63,877 nucleotides of DNA from Eledone cirrhosa (GCA_964016885.1 OZ024749.1:682124-746000); one strand, 5' to 3'. Shown: positions 1 to 14,220, counted from the first letter of the stretch. Program-made: numbers and translations. Notes: generated from the sequence alone by a model not told the origin.

Positions 1-602
1 ATTAACAACACAGCTTAACTCTTTCTTTTTAAACTCATTTCTACGGTAGCTCCTCCCCATTACTACGAAGTCAGAAGGACAATGTGACACGGGAGGGTGT
101 GTGGTATCTTTGCAGTGGAGTGGTGGGGGCAGGTATACCTAGCTGGGCGCCAGCCAGATGGGCCATGTAGTATATATATATATAGCAAAGGTAAAATTAT
201 ATACACATAGCTCAAATGTAGAGAATTATATATGATAGTATATAATTGCTAAGTAGTTTCAGAATTAGCTGAAAGTGTTTTTATATTACTGGTCTGAAGA
301 AAAGGGAGATTTTAAAGGCAGATATAAACACGGAGCAAATATTAATTTTTAGTCACTCATTATGCCAATGGGTAGACTTGAGATATTCCCCATCCTGTGT
401 AAGGTGGGAATTGAATTTTGGATATATTCTGCTTCAATTTAATGTTTTGTTAATTCTCTGAAGATAGAGAAGTGTAAATATCATTTTGTAATATCATTTT
501 GTAAGTATAAATCTTGATTTTACGAATTTCCACCTAACATTATTCAAATAATTTGATATACAACTCTCTTGAAACATGTGGAAGGAATTAAAAATGATTT
601 AA

Positions 603-810
603 CCCTTTAGCATTTAAACCAGCTGTATCTGGCCAGAATTCTCTCATCTGTTTCTGTTCAAACTGGCTATAACCAGCCACTCATACAGATGTTAAGGTAT
701 AGTTCTCAAAATAAATAATATCAAAATCTCATAGATTCGATATTATGTGAGGTAAAGCCTTTACTATGAAAATACAATAGTAAATATAGAGTAATATAAA
801 TGCTAAAGGG
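603..810. mobile_element. piggyBac-type MITE
   Basis: TTAA|CCCTTTAGCATTTA ... TAAATGCTAAAGGG|TTTA terminal inverted repeats; second copy at 61379-61631. Confidence 0.75.
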
Positions 811-1065
811 TTTAAAAGGTAATTTATATATATATGCAACAGCAATACCAAGTGGGAGTTTAATCAGGGTGTGTATAAAGGGAAGGGTGAGCGATATTTT
901 GTCTGATGTTCTGTTATGCCAATCCAACCTGCCACTTTTATTAACAATTAATTTTGAAAATAAACAAGAATTTAGAAGGATTTAGTAATATAAGTGTAAA
1001 ATCACAAAGTTTCTTACACATTAAAATGGTTTCAGGTGGTTTGGTATCAAAATAATTATGGTTTC

Positions 1066-1460
1066 TAATTTAAGCAAAAGATTAATGATTTTGATGGGAG
1101 GAGAAAGACAATTATGTTGACCCAATATGTAACTGGTACTTTATCGACCCCGGAAGAATGAAAGGCAAAGCTGATCTTGGCGAGATTTGAATTCAGAATG
1201 TAAAGGGTCATAACAACATGCCACAAAACATTTTGTCAGACACTGTTCCGATACTGCTAATAATTGTTTCTAATTCTGGCACAGGGCCAGCAATTTGAAG
1301 GGAAGGGGAAAGTTGATTAAATCGATCCGTGTGGGGTTACTGGTGCTTTATTTTATTGACCCCATAAAGTTAACCTGAGTGGGATTTGAACTGAGATTAA
1401 ATTAGTCACAGTATTTTACTGGTATTTTATTTTATCGACCCCAGAAAGATGAAAAATAAA
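1066..1460 (-). mobile_element. Cluster of tRNA-derived SINE fragments (Meta-like central domain)
   Basis: Repeated ACTGGTACTTTATTTTATCGACCCC..ATGAAAGGCAAAG..GATTTGAA motif, shared with copies at 23.2, 26.9, 28.3, 37.0 and 54.3 kb. Confidence 0.7.
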
Positions 1461-2289
1461 GTGAGTCATAGTCATCTATTATAATTCAATTCATATCTGG
1501 GATGTTTTATAGAAATATTATACTACTATTGGTACTTATAATTTCGTGTATGGTAGCACACACCTTAAATCTTATTCTATAAATTCTTCTCACATCCTTT
1601 CATGTATGGTAGCACAACCTAAATTTCATTTCTAAATTCTTCTGTCATCCTTTTTTCAAGATGGTCTCCATCCCAAAATTTCACCTACATATCTTACTTT
1701 AACCCTTTCTCATACCAAACTGTCCCTGATTCTACAATTAGTTTGAGTTAAGTGGCTGCTGTTAGGAAAGGAATTTAGTCATAGAAACCAGGTCAAAAAT
1801 GGAACATGAGCAAGACATGGTCTTCTGATCTGTTTAGGAGGGTGGTAGCTCTATAAGAACTGGCTAACACTTTCACAACCCAAGCAAGCATGGAAAGGAG
1901 TGCCCATGACCTTTCCATGGACCCCAAGACCAGTGGGATCAACACTGTTCACAATCTTTAATGGACTCAATCTGCTTTTAGTGGTGGCAAATTCTTTTAA
2001 TTTAAAAACTGGATCCTACATCTAATTGTGCAGCCAATCTTAATGTTCTTTCATAACTCCTTGTAACCATATTTGCTGTTTAACATCTATTTTCCATGCC
2101 TACATGAGCTAGGCTAGACAAATCAGATGATTGCATATCACTTGTTACATAATAATTCATTAACATTTTTTAAACCAAACCACCTGAGACCAACCCTGCT
2201 TCTATGATTACAATACTGTTTATTTTAGTCTTTATATTTATCTAAAAGCTTTCCATAAACATGAGGTGTAAAGCGATTTTAAGCAAAGT

Positions 2290-2655
2290 ACAGAGAAAAG
2301 ACGGGCTTTGCATGAGGCAGATACACAGGAATAGGGAGTAGTAAAAGCAGAAATAAACTTTTTCCTACGCCAGAAAAGTATTATAAAAGTAATAGTTTCT
2401 GTTACTTAGGTGACGTATCCAAGAGAAAGAACTGTGCAGGTATGCGATGTAAATAGATGAATACTGCATACAAAAGTGCCAGTGGAAAGAAGCTGCAGTT
2501 GAGGAAGACCAAGAAAACCCTAGACGAGAGTGGCTTGAGCTGATCTCAAAAGGCTGAACTTTACAGAGGAGATAAAGGAATGCTACAAGCAGAGGGAAGC
2601 TGTGCTGGAGAGAACCAATCCAAACATGAAGAGCAGACAAAAAATGATGATGATG
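2290..2655 (+). mobile_element. Decayed RTE-type LINE 3' fragment
   Basis: Degenerate GRPRKx-W C-terminal region and (GAT)n tail, similar to 44.6-44.9 kb. Confidence 0.5.
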
Positions 2656-3417
2656 AATTTCTATGCTCCAAACAGCAGCTTAATAATGAAAAAGTTAGTT
2701 ATATTATTAAACCTTTTGAAATTCTTGATTATTCTCAAAATGATTTGAAAATAATAAAGTAGAACCTTTCATTAGAAATATGGTAACGTAAGGGTTAATA
2801 AATTAGCACCAATATTAATTAATAAAACAGTGATAGACAGGGCTGTCTTCTATATAGTTTTACTGACAACCTTTATTAATTAATTAATAAAACAGAGGTA
2901 ATCAATACCTCAAGGCCATCCTGGGTAGACAAAATCCATGGAACCACTGAGTATATAGTTTCACTGACAACCTTTACTCTAAGGTATTATACCAAACATT
3001 CACTATAACTACAAAACTGTTATCTTCCATCCATGAATGATACAACAGATTCTGCTTCATGAATTCTTAAAATTACATCCTGGAGCCCTTAATTGAGGCA
3101 ATATTTTATGGCCCTTCCTGACATCAACCCTTTTAGTTGCTTCTCATAACATGCAATGATACAAACAGTAAACCTATTCTAAACCAGATAGAAATGAAAT
3201 TAAAATTACATCATGAGGCTCATTTTGAAACAATGTTTTATAGCCAAAAGTTCCACCTAGCATTAACTCTATTAGTTACTTCTTACAATATGTAGAAATG
3301 TCCCTATTCTAAACTGGTTACAAAGGAAATACCAACATACACAACTATAAAGGCCATCGTGTATTAACAATTCACAAAAAGACTGATGCTTCAGACTTAA
3401 TTTTCTTTATTATTCAA

Positions 3418-3573
3418 TTACTGAAGTTTGAAAAGTGTGCTCACATTAACATGATACTTGGGTGGCATTTTATAACATTGACTTAGGTTGCTAACAACTG
3501 GGAGGGGTGGGGCTAGACATGCAGGCATATCCTCATTTGTTGAATCTATAAATACAGAATTAGCAGCGAGTGC
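3418..3573 (-). other. Candidate terminal exon of the minus-strand transcript
   Basis: ATATTTCAG acceptor, open frame to a stop, AATAAA just downstream; the phase does not give a long ORF when joined to 4159-4207. Confidence 0.25.
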
Positions 3574-4158
3574 CTGAAATATATTATGGGACAATACAAT
3601 AAAACAAGTTTCATTTCTATGTTGGATGTTTAAGGTTGTTGACATTCATTAGTTAATAAATTAGGTTAAACCAAATGAATATTTTAAAAATTTAACATTT
3701 TCTTTCCATACTCTCCATTCAAAATGAACATCTATGAACACATCTTCAAATGGTGAGAAGCAGTCTCATCAATATTTGGTAGAATATATAACTTTTGGGG
3801 TCAAAGATGGTGGTACAGTGGAAACAAAACATTCTTGTTTATGCAGAAATTCTTTCTGCAAAGATATCAGGTCAGGGAAATTGTGAGGACACCTGAAAAG
3901 TGTTCAAGAACATGCAAGAGAAACCATTTGTCTAGTTCAATTACTTGAAAGAAGGCAAGTTGAAAACCAAACAGAATTCACTGACTGAAATGTTAAAGTT
4001 ACAGACCAGTAAGAACAAACATAAACGCCAAGCTAGCTAGAAATGAACTGTTTTCTTATCAAACATAACCACACACTGATGGTGAAGAGACACTGAAGCT
4101 GAGAACAGTGCAAAACAGCTGATAACAAAAAGGTTAACAAGAAACTTGCCATCCTTAC

Positions 4159-4207
4159 CTCACTTCAACTAAAGCTTTTCTGAAATATAGTCTGAACCTT
4201 TCAAATT
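4159..4207 (-). CDS. Candidate 49-nt internal exon (xFERFRLYFRKALVEVx), unidentified gene
   Basis: Long polypyrimidine tract plus TTTCAG acceptor and GAG|GTAAGG donor; only one of three frames is open. Confidence 0.45.
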
Positions 4208-4308
4208 CTGAAAGGAAAAATTCTTAGGAAAAGAAAAGAAAAATATATTCTAACATCTATAGTCCAATCCTTCAATTTCTAACAGCTTCAACTAAAGCTT
4301 ATGCCTAC

Positions 4309-4567
4309 TAAAACCATGTCTCATATCCAACTGTTAACTAATGCTAAATCCTTGTCTCATATTCCTCCAACCGTTAACTAATGCTAAAACCACACACATC
4401 TCATATCCAGCTTTTAACCTTGTCTCAAGTCACTCCAACTGTTAAGTAATGTTCAAACCTTGTCTTGTATCCAACTGTTAACTAATACTAAATCCATATC
4501 TCATATCCCTCCAACTGTTAACTTATACTAAAACCTTGTCTCATATCCGCCCAACTGTTAACTAATG
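4309..4567. repeat. Minisatellite, about 7 units of 35-40 bp
   Basis: Unit approx. CCTTGTCTCATATCCCTCCAACTGTTAACTAATGCTAAAA. Confidence 0.9.
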
Positions 4568-4704
4568 AAAAAAACAACACGTTTTAGTGATTCCTTAATC
4601 AAAGTCTTTTAAGACTAATAAATTTGAATAAAAGACTACCTTTTATTCTTTATATGCATTGATTGCGTTTCTAATCATTTAAAATTCTCATAATATTGTC
4701 ATAA

Positions 4705-4787
4705 TGTTGAGGTAGGTGTTGGGAAGAGGTGCTGAAGTAGGTGTTGGGAAGAGGTGTTGAGGTAGGTGTTGAGCTGGGTGTTGGAAT
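4705..4787. repeat. 12-bp tandem repeat
   Basis: TGTTGAGGTAGG / TGTTGGGAAGAGG units. Confidence 0.75.
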
Positions 4788-4809
4788 AGATGAAAATGCT
4801 ATCTAACAG

Positions 4810-5245
4810 ACATGTTCAGAGATGGTAGATGAGACTGTGCAACAGTATCTGGAGTAAGATGTGCATGGAAGAAACTACAAGGAACTGCATGCTAATGAGG
4901 ATGGAGGGAGTATCACTGAAACTGATAGGAAAGGCTTATGGTGCATGTGTAAGAAATGTCATTGTTTATAGCTGAGGCATGGACGATAAATATGAAGCAG
5001 CAGAGAAGATTGGAAAGAATGGTCTGGTGGATGAATGGAGTGTCACTGAGAAGATAGACAAGCAATGAATTGCAAAGGAGGATGGGAATAGAGCCAGTGA
5101 TGATTGTTATGAAGAGATAATAGAATGAGATGATTTATTCATGAGGGGAGGAAGTGGAAGTGACTGGGTGAAAGGATTGATGGAAATGAATGTGAAAAAA
5201 GTAGATGATGAGGAAGATCAAGAAAGGCATGTCTAAAGTTGAAGG
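4810..5245 (+). mobile_element. Highly decayed RTE-type LINE 3' fragment
   Basis: Remnants resembling the KAYGACVRNVIVYSxEAW and GRSRK motifs of the RTE C-terminus. Confidence 0.45.
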
Positions 5246-7095
5246 GTTGATAGGGAGTCGGGCGTTTGTCATGACACCCACCCACCCTCAGTAGGGGAAA
5301 GGCCCTTCAAACATACGTTGTGTTGATCATGCTGTAAACTGCAACACAGTATTTCATTGTGTAAAAAAAACAAAACAAGAACTATTCCTATATTGTTCAC
5401 TTGTGTGAAGTTGGCCTAATTGGCAATGGGATATGGGATAGGCAAACTGCCAAAATAAAATAATTTAAAAAATGTTTACCTAACATAGAAGTGAATTTAA
5501 AATATATACATACATAAATATATATATATATATATATATATACATACACACACAACTGTTTGGTTGTTGACACTTACAGAAGGAATACAACCATATATAT
5601 ATTGTGTCTAAAAGAATTCAGGTTAATCTGACTTCTAGCAACTTATAGAAGAAATAGATGGTGTCTAACTCTTGCTAAAGACAAACATTAAACAATGACA
5701 GTGGTGGTGGTAATGATGATGGTTATGATATGGTATATGAAAGAAATAAGTTATTGGTGTCACATGATTCAAACCATGGAATGAGTATTTTTACATAAGT
5801 TTCATGAAAACAATATTAGTCACTCACATCACATTATTTCTAGTTAACCCTTTTGTAACTATATTACTAGTGGAAAACAAAAACAACATAACTGTTTTAA
5901 CCTTTTTTATATATACTGCAAGGCTCAAACAGCTGCCAATTTACAGCTTCAGCCCGGATTTATGACACTACTCCTTTTTAAATGTTTATATTTATATTAA
6001 AACCTTTCTTCTTTATAAGATTAACAAGATCCCCCCATTCGCTTACCGAGTAGGGTGGAACTTGTCAGTTTGAAACAAGGAAACAATGTTTCAATTGGTC
6101 TTTCCAATTGTTGATACTGTCAACCAGTCGCCACAACTGGCAGAAGGAGCAACATGAAATAAAGTGTCTTGCTGAAGGACAATGTGTCATCCAGTCTGGG
6201 AATCAAACTCACAACCTATCAATTCTGAATTCAACTCTCAAATTACTAAGCCATGCACCTTCTCAAAACTTTAACCTTAAATCTTATCATATTTTAGAAG
6301 TTTTTGATGAGTAATGTTCTGAATATCAATTTACTAATGAAAAACTTATTTTATTAAATTCCTTCTAATTTTTGGTTATTTTCAAAATTAATTGAAACAC
6401 TGTTGATTTTATTAGAAATATGGTAATGAAAGGGTTGAATGTAATCTTTTAGCTTTGCAAGTTTCATGGCAAACTTCATATCCATCTTCAGAGGTAAGGT
6501 TTTACAGCCAAATGTCCTTGGTACCATCCCTTCCAATTTTTTCTCACAACACCAAGGTCACAATGATACATAAAGCAACAAAGATGCTTCCTATGATTTC
6601 CAAGTAATTTTGAAAATAATCAATATGAAGGGAATTAGTAATATAACAACACACATCATTATTTTGCTGGTCTTTGGAGAATAAATGAAAGGTTCTTTCA
6701 GAGAATTCTGATTGAAAGTAATTCAATAATCATATTGTTTTGTATCATAGAACAAGGAGTGATTTTAAGTAGTTTGGTTTCAAAGTAGTTGAAGGTTTTA
6801 ATATTAACGCTATCGGGTTTCTTTGGAATGGCATCTCTGAATTATATATTCTCTAAGCATTTCTACTTTCCTGTGGATGTAGTGTGGCTGATGTTAAGAA
6901 GTTCTCTCTGCAATCATGAGGTGTCAGGTTCAATCCCACTGTGACTTTTACCACAGACTTAGGTTCCCAAAAAAACCTGAGGTAACATCATGGTCAAGTG
7001 ACTTTTACCACAACCTTAAGTTCAACCAAGAAGAAACTGCTTAGTAGTCCATTAGATGGACTATGCCTGTAATTCATGGATTGTGTCATAATGAA

Positions 7096-7585
7096 TCATC
7101 ATCATTTAACGTCTATCTTCCAAGCTAGCATGGGTTAGATGGGTTTGTCCCATTTAGAGGCAAGTTGGGTCAGGTGACCGTGTCTCACTCATATAGGACT
7201 GTTCTGGCTTGGTTTCTATGGCTGGATGCTCTTCCTGGCACCAACTACATTTACAGTGAGTACTGGGTTCTTTTTGTCGTGACACCTACACGACCACTTT
7301 ACAGATGTTTTGTGGTACCAACATAACATACATATACACACACACATACATATATAATGATATATATTCTGGTACATATATCATCATCACCACCGTTTTA
7401 CGTCCATTTTCCACGCCAGCATGGGTTCAACCTCATTTACTGTGAGTATTGGGTGCTTTTTGTCGAGACACCTACACAACCACTTTACAGTCTGGACTGG
7501 GGCTTTTTGTCACCTCCTCCATGACCACTTCAGAGTGTGGACTGGGTGCCTTTTGTTGCCTCCTACATGACCACTTTACAGTGTT
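7096..7585 (-). mobile_element. Two RTE-3'UTR/SINE-like repeats
   Basis: CATCATCATTTAACGTC..GCATGGGTT..GGCTGGATGC motif shared with 45.2, 58.1 and 62.7 kb. Confidence 0.7.
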
Positions 7586-7839
7586 ACTGAATCTCCCTGA
7601 AAATTATGTTATGAGTGCACATGTCAATTTCTTGAGTAGGCTGTTCCATTAATCAAACAACTGGAACACACATCATCGAAACCAAATAAGTAAGGTCCCT
7701 TTTTCTATAAACAATATACATTTACTAAGAGATTTTGTCATCACTATACTGACTAATGTAAATATCTCCCAATCATAAGATCATTGGACCAGGTAGAGTT
7801 CTTGACCAAGACACTTCAATTCACGTTGCTTTTCATGAT

Positions 7840-8130
7840 AAGACTGGGAGGCCCTCTTATTAAAACACTCCTAAAACCTCCTATGAGACTAACTAAACCT
7901 ACATAGGTAATGTGGTATGACTGGGGTTCCTATCATTAAACACTCATGAAACCTCCTATAAGATGCAACCTCATAGGAGTCCAGCAAAACCCACATAGGT
8001 GTGAACTGTAACTATAACATGTAGTGTTGATAGGACTGAAGACCTCTATCATTAAAATACCCATGAAACCTCCTATGAGATGCAACCTTGTAGGAGGCCA
8101 ACTAAACATACATAGGTGTGAGCTGTAAAC
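7840..8130. repeat. Degenerate tandem repeat, about 3 units
   Basis: Recurrent TATCATTAAA..CATGAAACCTCCTATGAGATGCAACC..CATAGGTGTG. Confidence 0.7.
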
Positions 8131-8580
8131 TTAATTTTCTCATTTCCAAACACAATGAAAATGTTTTCCCACTGATGTTAGAAACAGATATGGTTCTGTG
8201 GTTGAGAAGCTTCACAACCACGTGGCTTTGGGTTCCATCCCACAGTCCCTTGGCAGGTATCTTCTACTATAGTTTTTAACAATAACCATGTCTCAGTTAT
8301 ATCTCAATCTCCATAACACCTCTGCACAAAGTTCCCCCCAACTAAATAGCCTATTGTATATAGATATATGTGTATGTATGTGTGTGTTAGTTGACAGCAT
8401 GCATCTTCATATGGGTGTAGTAGGGCAATGTGGTTAAAGAATTCACTTCACAACCACGTTCAGTCCTGTTGCACAGCACCTTGAACAAGTGTCTTCTATT
8501 ATAGCCTCAGGTTGAACAATGCCTTGTTGAGTAAAATTTGGTAGATGGAAACTGCAAAAGCCCATCATATATATATATAT

Positions 8581-9705
8581 TTTTCGTTACAATCAGAGAT
8601 ATAATGGGACACACTCAGGCTAATAGGCAAGGATTGAGCATAACAAAAATGGAACTGTGGTCAGAGGAAAGATGAGGACATCTGATTTTACAGGAGTTGA
8701 AGAAAGAAGAGGATTCCAAAAGACTCTGGAAGGCAGTTCAGTAGACGATGTGGGAAGGTACACTCCAGAAGTATCTCAATCGGAATGACTTTAGGCATAT
8801 GGCATCTCTCAGAATCAGTTTTCTTCTCAGATCTGTCGATCTGCTCTCGAATACAAATTTAGTCATGTGGGGCAAATCAGATAACCTCAAGTACCCACTC
8901 TGCCAGGCTAGAGAGACAGTGGAACACATACTGAGCTTATGCAGAGTAGTACTAGCTCAGGGTGGAGACATAATCAAGTGCTGAAGGGGATCGTATATGT
9001 GATAAGTATGGCAAATGTAAAACTTGTAGTATAAGAATCTCCAACATCTTATATGGCAGGAGGCAGCAAATCATGGCCAGGAACAGCTATGCCATACAGT
9101 GCACAAGAATAGAGTGTTCTGCGTGGTGCGGACACCTGGGAGTGTACAGCAAAACTCCCAGGGTCACCAAAACAACCAGAAATCGCCAGAAAAAGTGGTT
9201 TGAGGCCAGATATCATACTCCATTCCAGTTCATCAAAAGAGCTAATTCTGATTGAACTTACTGTGTTATTTGAAAGTAGACTAGAAGCCCACGTATTTAA
9301 GACTGAAAAATACACCAGTTTGGCCAATAGCCTGAGGGAAGCTGACTTCCAAATCAAAGTTCTTGTCATAAAGGTTGGAGCCAGAGGTGTTGTGGGCAAA
9401 TCTGCCTACAATTTCATGAAACAACTTTCAGTCTCTGGAAAGACAAGGACCCAAGCTTTGAAGGCAATATCAGAGGCAGCAAAAAGTAGTTCCAGCTAAA
9501 TCCTGTCAAAATCTCCACACGATTTAAATACACAGCAAGTCACTGATTTCTGAATGGCTAAATGTCAACAGAAGGGCACCCAGGAGTCATGACCTGGATG
9601 CAGCCCAACACCCTAAGTGTAAGAAATTAAGGTCCAAAACGCTTGAGGGGTTTTTTTTCTCTGAAGACCATCTGCTGTCCAGCTCTTCTGAGAGTTTCTT
9701 ACAAC
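8581..9705 (+). mobile_element. HERO-like RLE non-LTR retrotransposon, 5'-truncated and decayed
   Basis: RISFLLRS..NLVMWG..xPLCQARETVEHILSLC zinc knuckle, RPDIILHS..LIELTV restriction-like endonuclease, VGARG motif; flanked by (TA)n. Confidence 0.85.
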
Positions 9706-9949
9706 GATATAAATATATAGATAGATTGATAGAGGAGTAAAAACCCGACTGCAATGCCTAATAGTTTTGACTTATATTCAGCAAGCCTTTTCAAAGGTCA
9801 GGCTTACTGAATACAAGCTGAAACTGCTAAGCATTGCAGTCAGGTTTTTACCTTCCTTTGCACCCACTCTGCTTCTTATGTGTAGAGTACTCCCTTGATT
9901 TGTGGTCACCCTAGTCTCAGCACTACAGACTTTATTTATTTATATATCA

Positions 9950-10300
9950 GAGCTGCAATGTAGATGTGAGAGAATGGCAGAGCTTGGATGAGCTGAGGGA
10001 GAAGCTAGGTTTAAGAGGAATCCTAGGTGGTGTGCAGGAGAGAAGACTGCGTTGGTACTGACATGTGATGTGCATGGATAATGATCGCTGGGTGAAGAAG
10101 TGTCAGGAAATCCCAGTAGCAGGAAACCACAGTAGAGATAGACCAAGGAAGACCTAGGCGGAGGTGGTTACAGCTGATCTCAAATCGGCGAGACTCACAG
10201 AGAAGATGACAAAGGAACATGGCAAGTGGAGAAATGTTGTGCTGAAAAAGACCTGCCCTACCCATGCAAACATGGAAAAATGGACATAAAAACAATGATG
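9950..10300 (+). mobile_element. RTE-type LINE 3' fragment
   Basis: ERRLRWY*HVM..RPRKT* C-terminal remnant plus GAT tail. Confidence 0.7.
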
Positions 10301-11599
10301 ATATATATATATATATATATACGTGTGTATATGTTTATGTAAATTAGCAGTATTATGTAAACTTCCACCATGTTATCAATTAAAACATCGATCTCACATA
10401 TTCTATTACAATATTCAGTTTCTCGTGATGTTAAAGAATGTAAAACAACCGGATGTTTAGTATTTTATGTAGAAGCAAGCTTATCCTACTTCCTGTTTTG
10501 AAAAAAAGATCTTTTCAAATTTTCAGGAAATAAGCTACCATAATACATAAGGTGTTAATCAAGCTATGATTTTCTTTTTTATCAAATTAGTATTTTTAAG
10601 CTCAGTAAAAATTTCCGAAAACATGTACGCCACCCCTTCAATTTCTTTTAATTTTAGTTAAAAATTTCTCACATTATATATGAGAAGACATGGTAATATT
10701 TGTGAATTAACTCTTCCAACAAAAAACTTTGTCAATGTTTTAATTAATTTTGAAAATATTCAGGGATTTACTGAAATAGCTTTTTTCACTTATTGATATG
10801 TGAATAAAACTTAACAAAAAGTAGTTACATAACATTATGTTGGAAGGTTTCAATTGGAATATGTTGTATATACACATATAAGTTGCACTTTTTCCCATGA
10901 AAATACTTGAAAAACCAGCATTTGACTTATCTACTGGACCTACAAAACCTCAATATGATAAATTGCAAATGTATGTAAAATGGAGGTGTAACTTTACTGG
11001 ACCTACAAAACTACAATATATATGTAAACGTATAAACCTAGAAAACCTCAATTCAATATATATATATGGTACATTGTAAGCACCTAGTCCACTCTGTAGG
11101 GTGGTAGTGCTGGTGGCACAAAAATAGCTCCCAGTACACACCATAAGGTGGTTGGCATTAGCAAAAACTTTTTGCTGCAGAAAAGCAAAGCCAAAAGCAG
11201 AGCACATGAGCAAGGCGTGGTCACATGACCGGCCTAGGCCTCATAATGTTAACCTGTCTAACCCATGGAAAATCGATGATAAACAACAATGATGATTGTA
11301 GATGTTGTATGCACATCTCTCACATTCTATAAAATAGAGTAGTGAAAGTTTTAGAGCTCTTTCACTATCTCTCAATGGTTTTGATTCTGTTAATCTTTCA
11401 CGGGTTTCTGTCATTGGACTGTAGTCATAAAGACCACTTTAAAGGGATTTTTAGTTAGTCATAACAACCTCAGTATATTTTCTCAAGCCTGGTACATATT
11501 TTATCGATATCGTTGGCCAAATCGCTAGTTTATGAAACACATCACACACACATATAACTGCATGTATCCAGTTTAACTCTTTAGCATCTATATTACTAG

Positions 11600-11936
11600 G
11601 ACGTGGCGGTGTTGGGGCTGTGCCCTGCGAACAAGACCACAAAAGCATTTCCGAGGACAATGACCAGTGACACCTGCTGTAACAGTCACCCCATCGCGGC
11701 GCTCCTTGATGTTCCCATCTTGCAGAGGAGCTCAGCAGTATAGGGTCCAAGTACACCTTAGGTCTCGACAGCGACCAAAGAGGAAGTGGCCAAACAATCC
11801 CCAGTATTCAGTATTTGTCTTCCATTCCTCTACATTGCGAGCCACAGTAATGGGGTTTGTGGCCAAAGCGACTATGTTGAAGGCGGAAAATGTGTCACAA
11901 CATGTGGCAACCCAGATGAAGGATCTACCTCCTTAG
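11600..11936 (+). mobile_element. Possible decayed L1/Tx1-type ORF1 fragment
   Basis: GC-richer island; VTVTPSRRSLMFPSCR loosely resembles the pre-knuckle region of ORF1. Confidence 0.25.
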
Positions 11937-13249
11937 AATAAGAAGAGGGTAATTCCGTGTAAGTTATAATTTGAATTAACTTTTTCCAAACTTTCTCCCT
12001 TTCTTCTTTGTGGTCCCCATTCCTTTATTTCAAAACTTTAAATGTTTCTTCTCCCCTAATTTCACGGCCATACTATCTCCCACATCCCTGCTTTTGTTTC
12101 ATTCTAAACAAAACAAACTACACACTTTGCCCCTACCACATCCACATCTCTTCGAAATAAATACCCACATATCCATGATGTTTCTTCAAAATAATCTCTA
12201 CAGCCCCCTCCCTATTCACCACCCTCTAGTTAGCTGTTTTGCTTTGATGACGGTCGAGGGGTTCTCACACATGGCTACTCCAACCACCCCCACTAACAGA
12301 CTAGTGTTAGCCCTGTGTTCACAACTAGTGGAAATCATATTGGTTGTGCTTTTCATAATTTTGGCTAGGCGCCCTTCCTATCACCAACCATGTTGTTACA
12401 GCGTGGACTGGGTGCATTGCCACCAGCACTAGAGAGGTTGTCATACAAGACGTAAGACATATATATAAAATGGTCAAAATACAGCAAAAAAAAACCCAAA
12501 TTTTATGAATGGTATATTATAAAGTAAATAGATAAGAAAAAGATATAAAAAAGGACAAAAAGAAACAGGAAGAATTATGTATGTTTGTGTGTCAAGGGGT
12601 ATTTACATGCGCCTCAGAGGTCAATGTACCCACTGAACCCACATTTTATAGGTGCTATTTGCACAAAACATTTCTATGTGTAAACAGTTTAGAATAAATC
12701 CATCATCTGTATTCCTGCATACTGTAAGAGACGGCTAAATGGGTTTGCACCAAGAAGGGCATCGTTTAGAAGTAAAACATTACCTCACAAAGGACCCCCA
12801 TGATGAGTATGAAACCTGCATGGCTAACCCTTGTATTAGCTGGGGAAATGGCAGATTTAAAATGCATTGTAGCTTTTTTAAAATCATTTTTCAGTGAAGG
12901 AAACATTTTGATAGGCATCAAATGAATAAAAGCTACAGCTGTACACCATAAGTTAACACATGACGAGTGAGGGGCTGATTAAGTGTATATGAGACCTCCT
13001 GAGTCACTTATGTCAAATTTACTAGTGAAAACAGAGCTCTATTGGCTACTACTAAAGTCTGCTACTCACACAAATGTAATCCTTACCAAATAAGGTTACA
13101 GTCTAAAACTGAAGTGTACTAGTAGTCCATTTAACCTCAAAACAGATCCCACTTTATATCAAATGTAAGACCTGTGACTCGTATGTCCTATTGTCCTTTA
13201 GGGTCTTGAATGTGTGAACTGGACCTCATCTATGATTAGTAAAACCAAT

Positions 13250-13540
13250 GGAGGCACATGGCTTAGTGGTTGAAAGGTTGCGAGTTCAATTCTCAGACAG
13301 GGTGATGTGTTGGTTCCTCGAACAAGACACTTTATTTCACATTGCTCCAGTTTACTCAGCTGTAGAAATGAGATGATAGGACTGGGGTCCCTATCATTCC
13401 ACTGCAAAAAAGCACCCAGCACTCACTGTAAATGAGGTTGGTGTTAGGAAGGGCATCCAGCTGTAGAAATCAAGCCAGAATCAGTTCCCGTCCCACCCTT
13501 GCAAGCAGGGAAAAGTGGACATAAAATGAAATGATGAAGA
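13250..13540 (+). mobile_element. tRNA-derived SINE
   Basis: A-box TGGCTTAGTGG, B-box GAGTTCAATTC, body ending in the RTE-like 3' tail. Confidence 0.75.
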
Positions 13541-14132
13541 CCTTTCAAAACCCCAAACTACACGACCATATAAAAATTGTGGATCTACTAGAAGCTACTA
13601 ATCTAGTTCCTATAATCCTATCAAAAACAAAGTACTAAAGCTCTTTGGTCACATAAAATGTTCATAAAAAGGTCTCTCCATAACATGGAGGGTTTCAGGA
13701 TAAAAGAAGTAGGAGTAGACCACCAATGTCTAGAAATGGTTTGGTCTAAATTTATATGAACTAAACTTTGAAAGAAACTAAGTTATGTTAGTGCACAATC
13801 TGCTGCAGACAAAGACAGCAAATGATGATGAAGTCACCAAGAACCCTTAAAATGTTGTGAGCCCCTGGTTACAAATCTCCCTTTAATCTGCCAGAGAGTT
13901 AGACTTAAATTTAGTGAGGTCCCTAAACTACATATAAAGCTCAGTGGCTCCCTCACAGCTTTATATGAGCTGTGAAGCTCTAAGATATAACATGTTTAGC
14001 TTATGCCTATATCCGGCACTATATATGACTGATAAGCTTAACGCTTAATGTTTGCACCACATGAAACCAATTACTATATCACATTAAAAATTAAGGTCTT
14101 CGATACTGAAAATGTTCATGTCCCTAAGCCAT

Positions 14133-14220
14133 ATACGAGGCAACTTAAAAGTTCATAGGCTGACCAAGATACTCTCATGGAATGACCAAATGAGGTTTAT
14201 TTTTCAACATAGTCCCTGGA
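14133..14220 (+). mobile_element. mariner-like terminal fragment
   Basis: TA-CGAGG..AAAAGTTC start, followed by TTTATTTTTCAACATAGTCCC typical of mariner 5' ends. Confidence 0.45.

Noticed and set aside
451-591. CTGAAGA ... GAAACATGT hammerhead-like pair
   Set aside because: About 105 nt between the core halves, G at the cleavage position and misregistered stem I; too degenerate to call
4309-4567. CRISPR-like periodicity
   Set aside because: Units are contiguous and degenerate with no unique spacers; eukaryotic context, no cas genes
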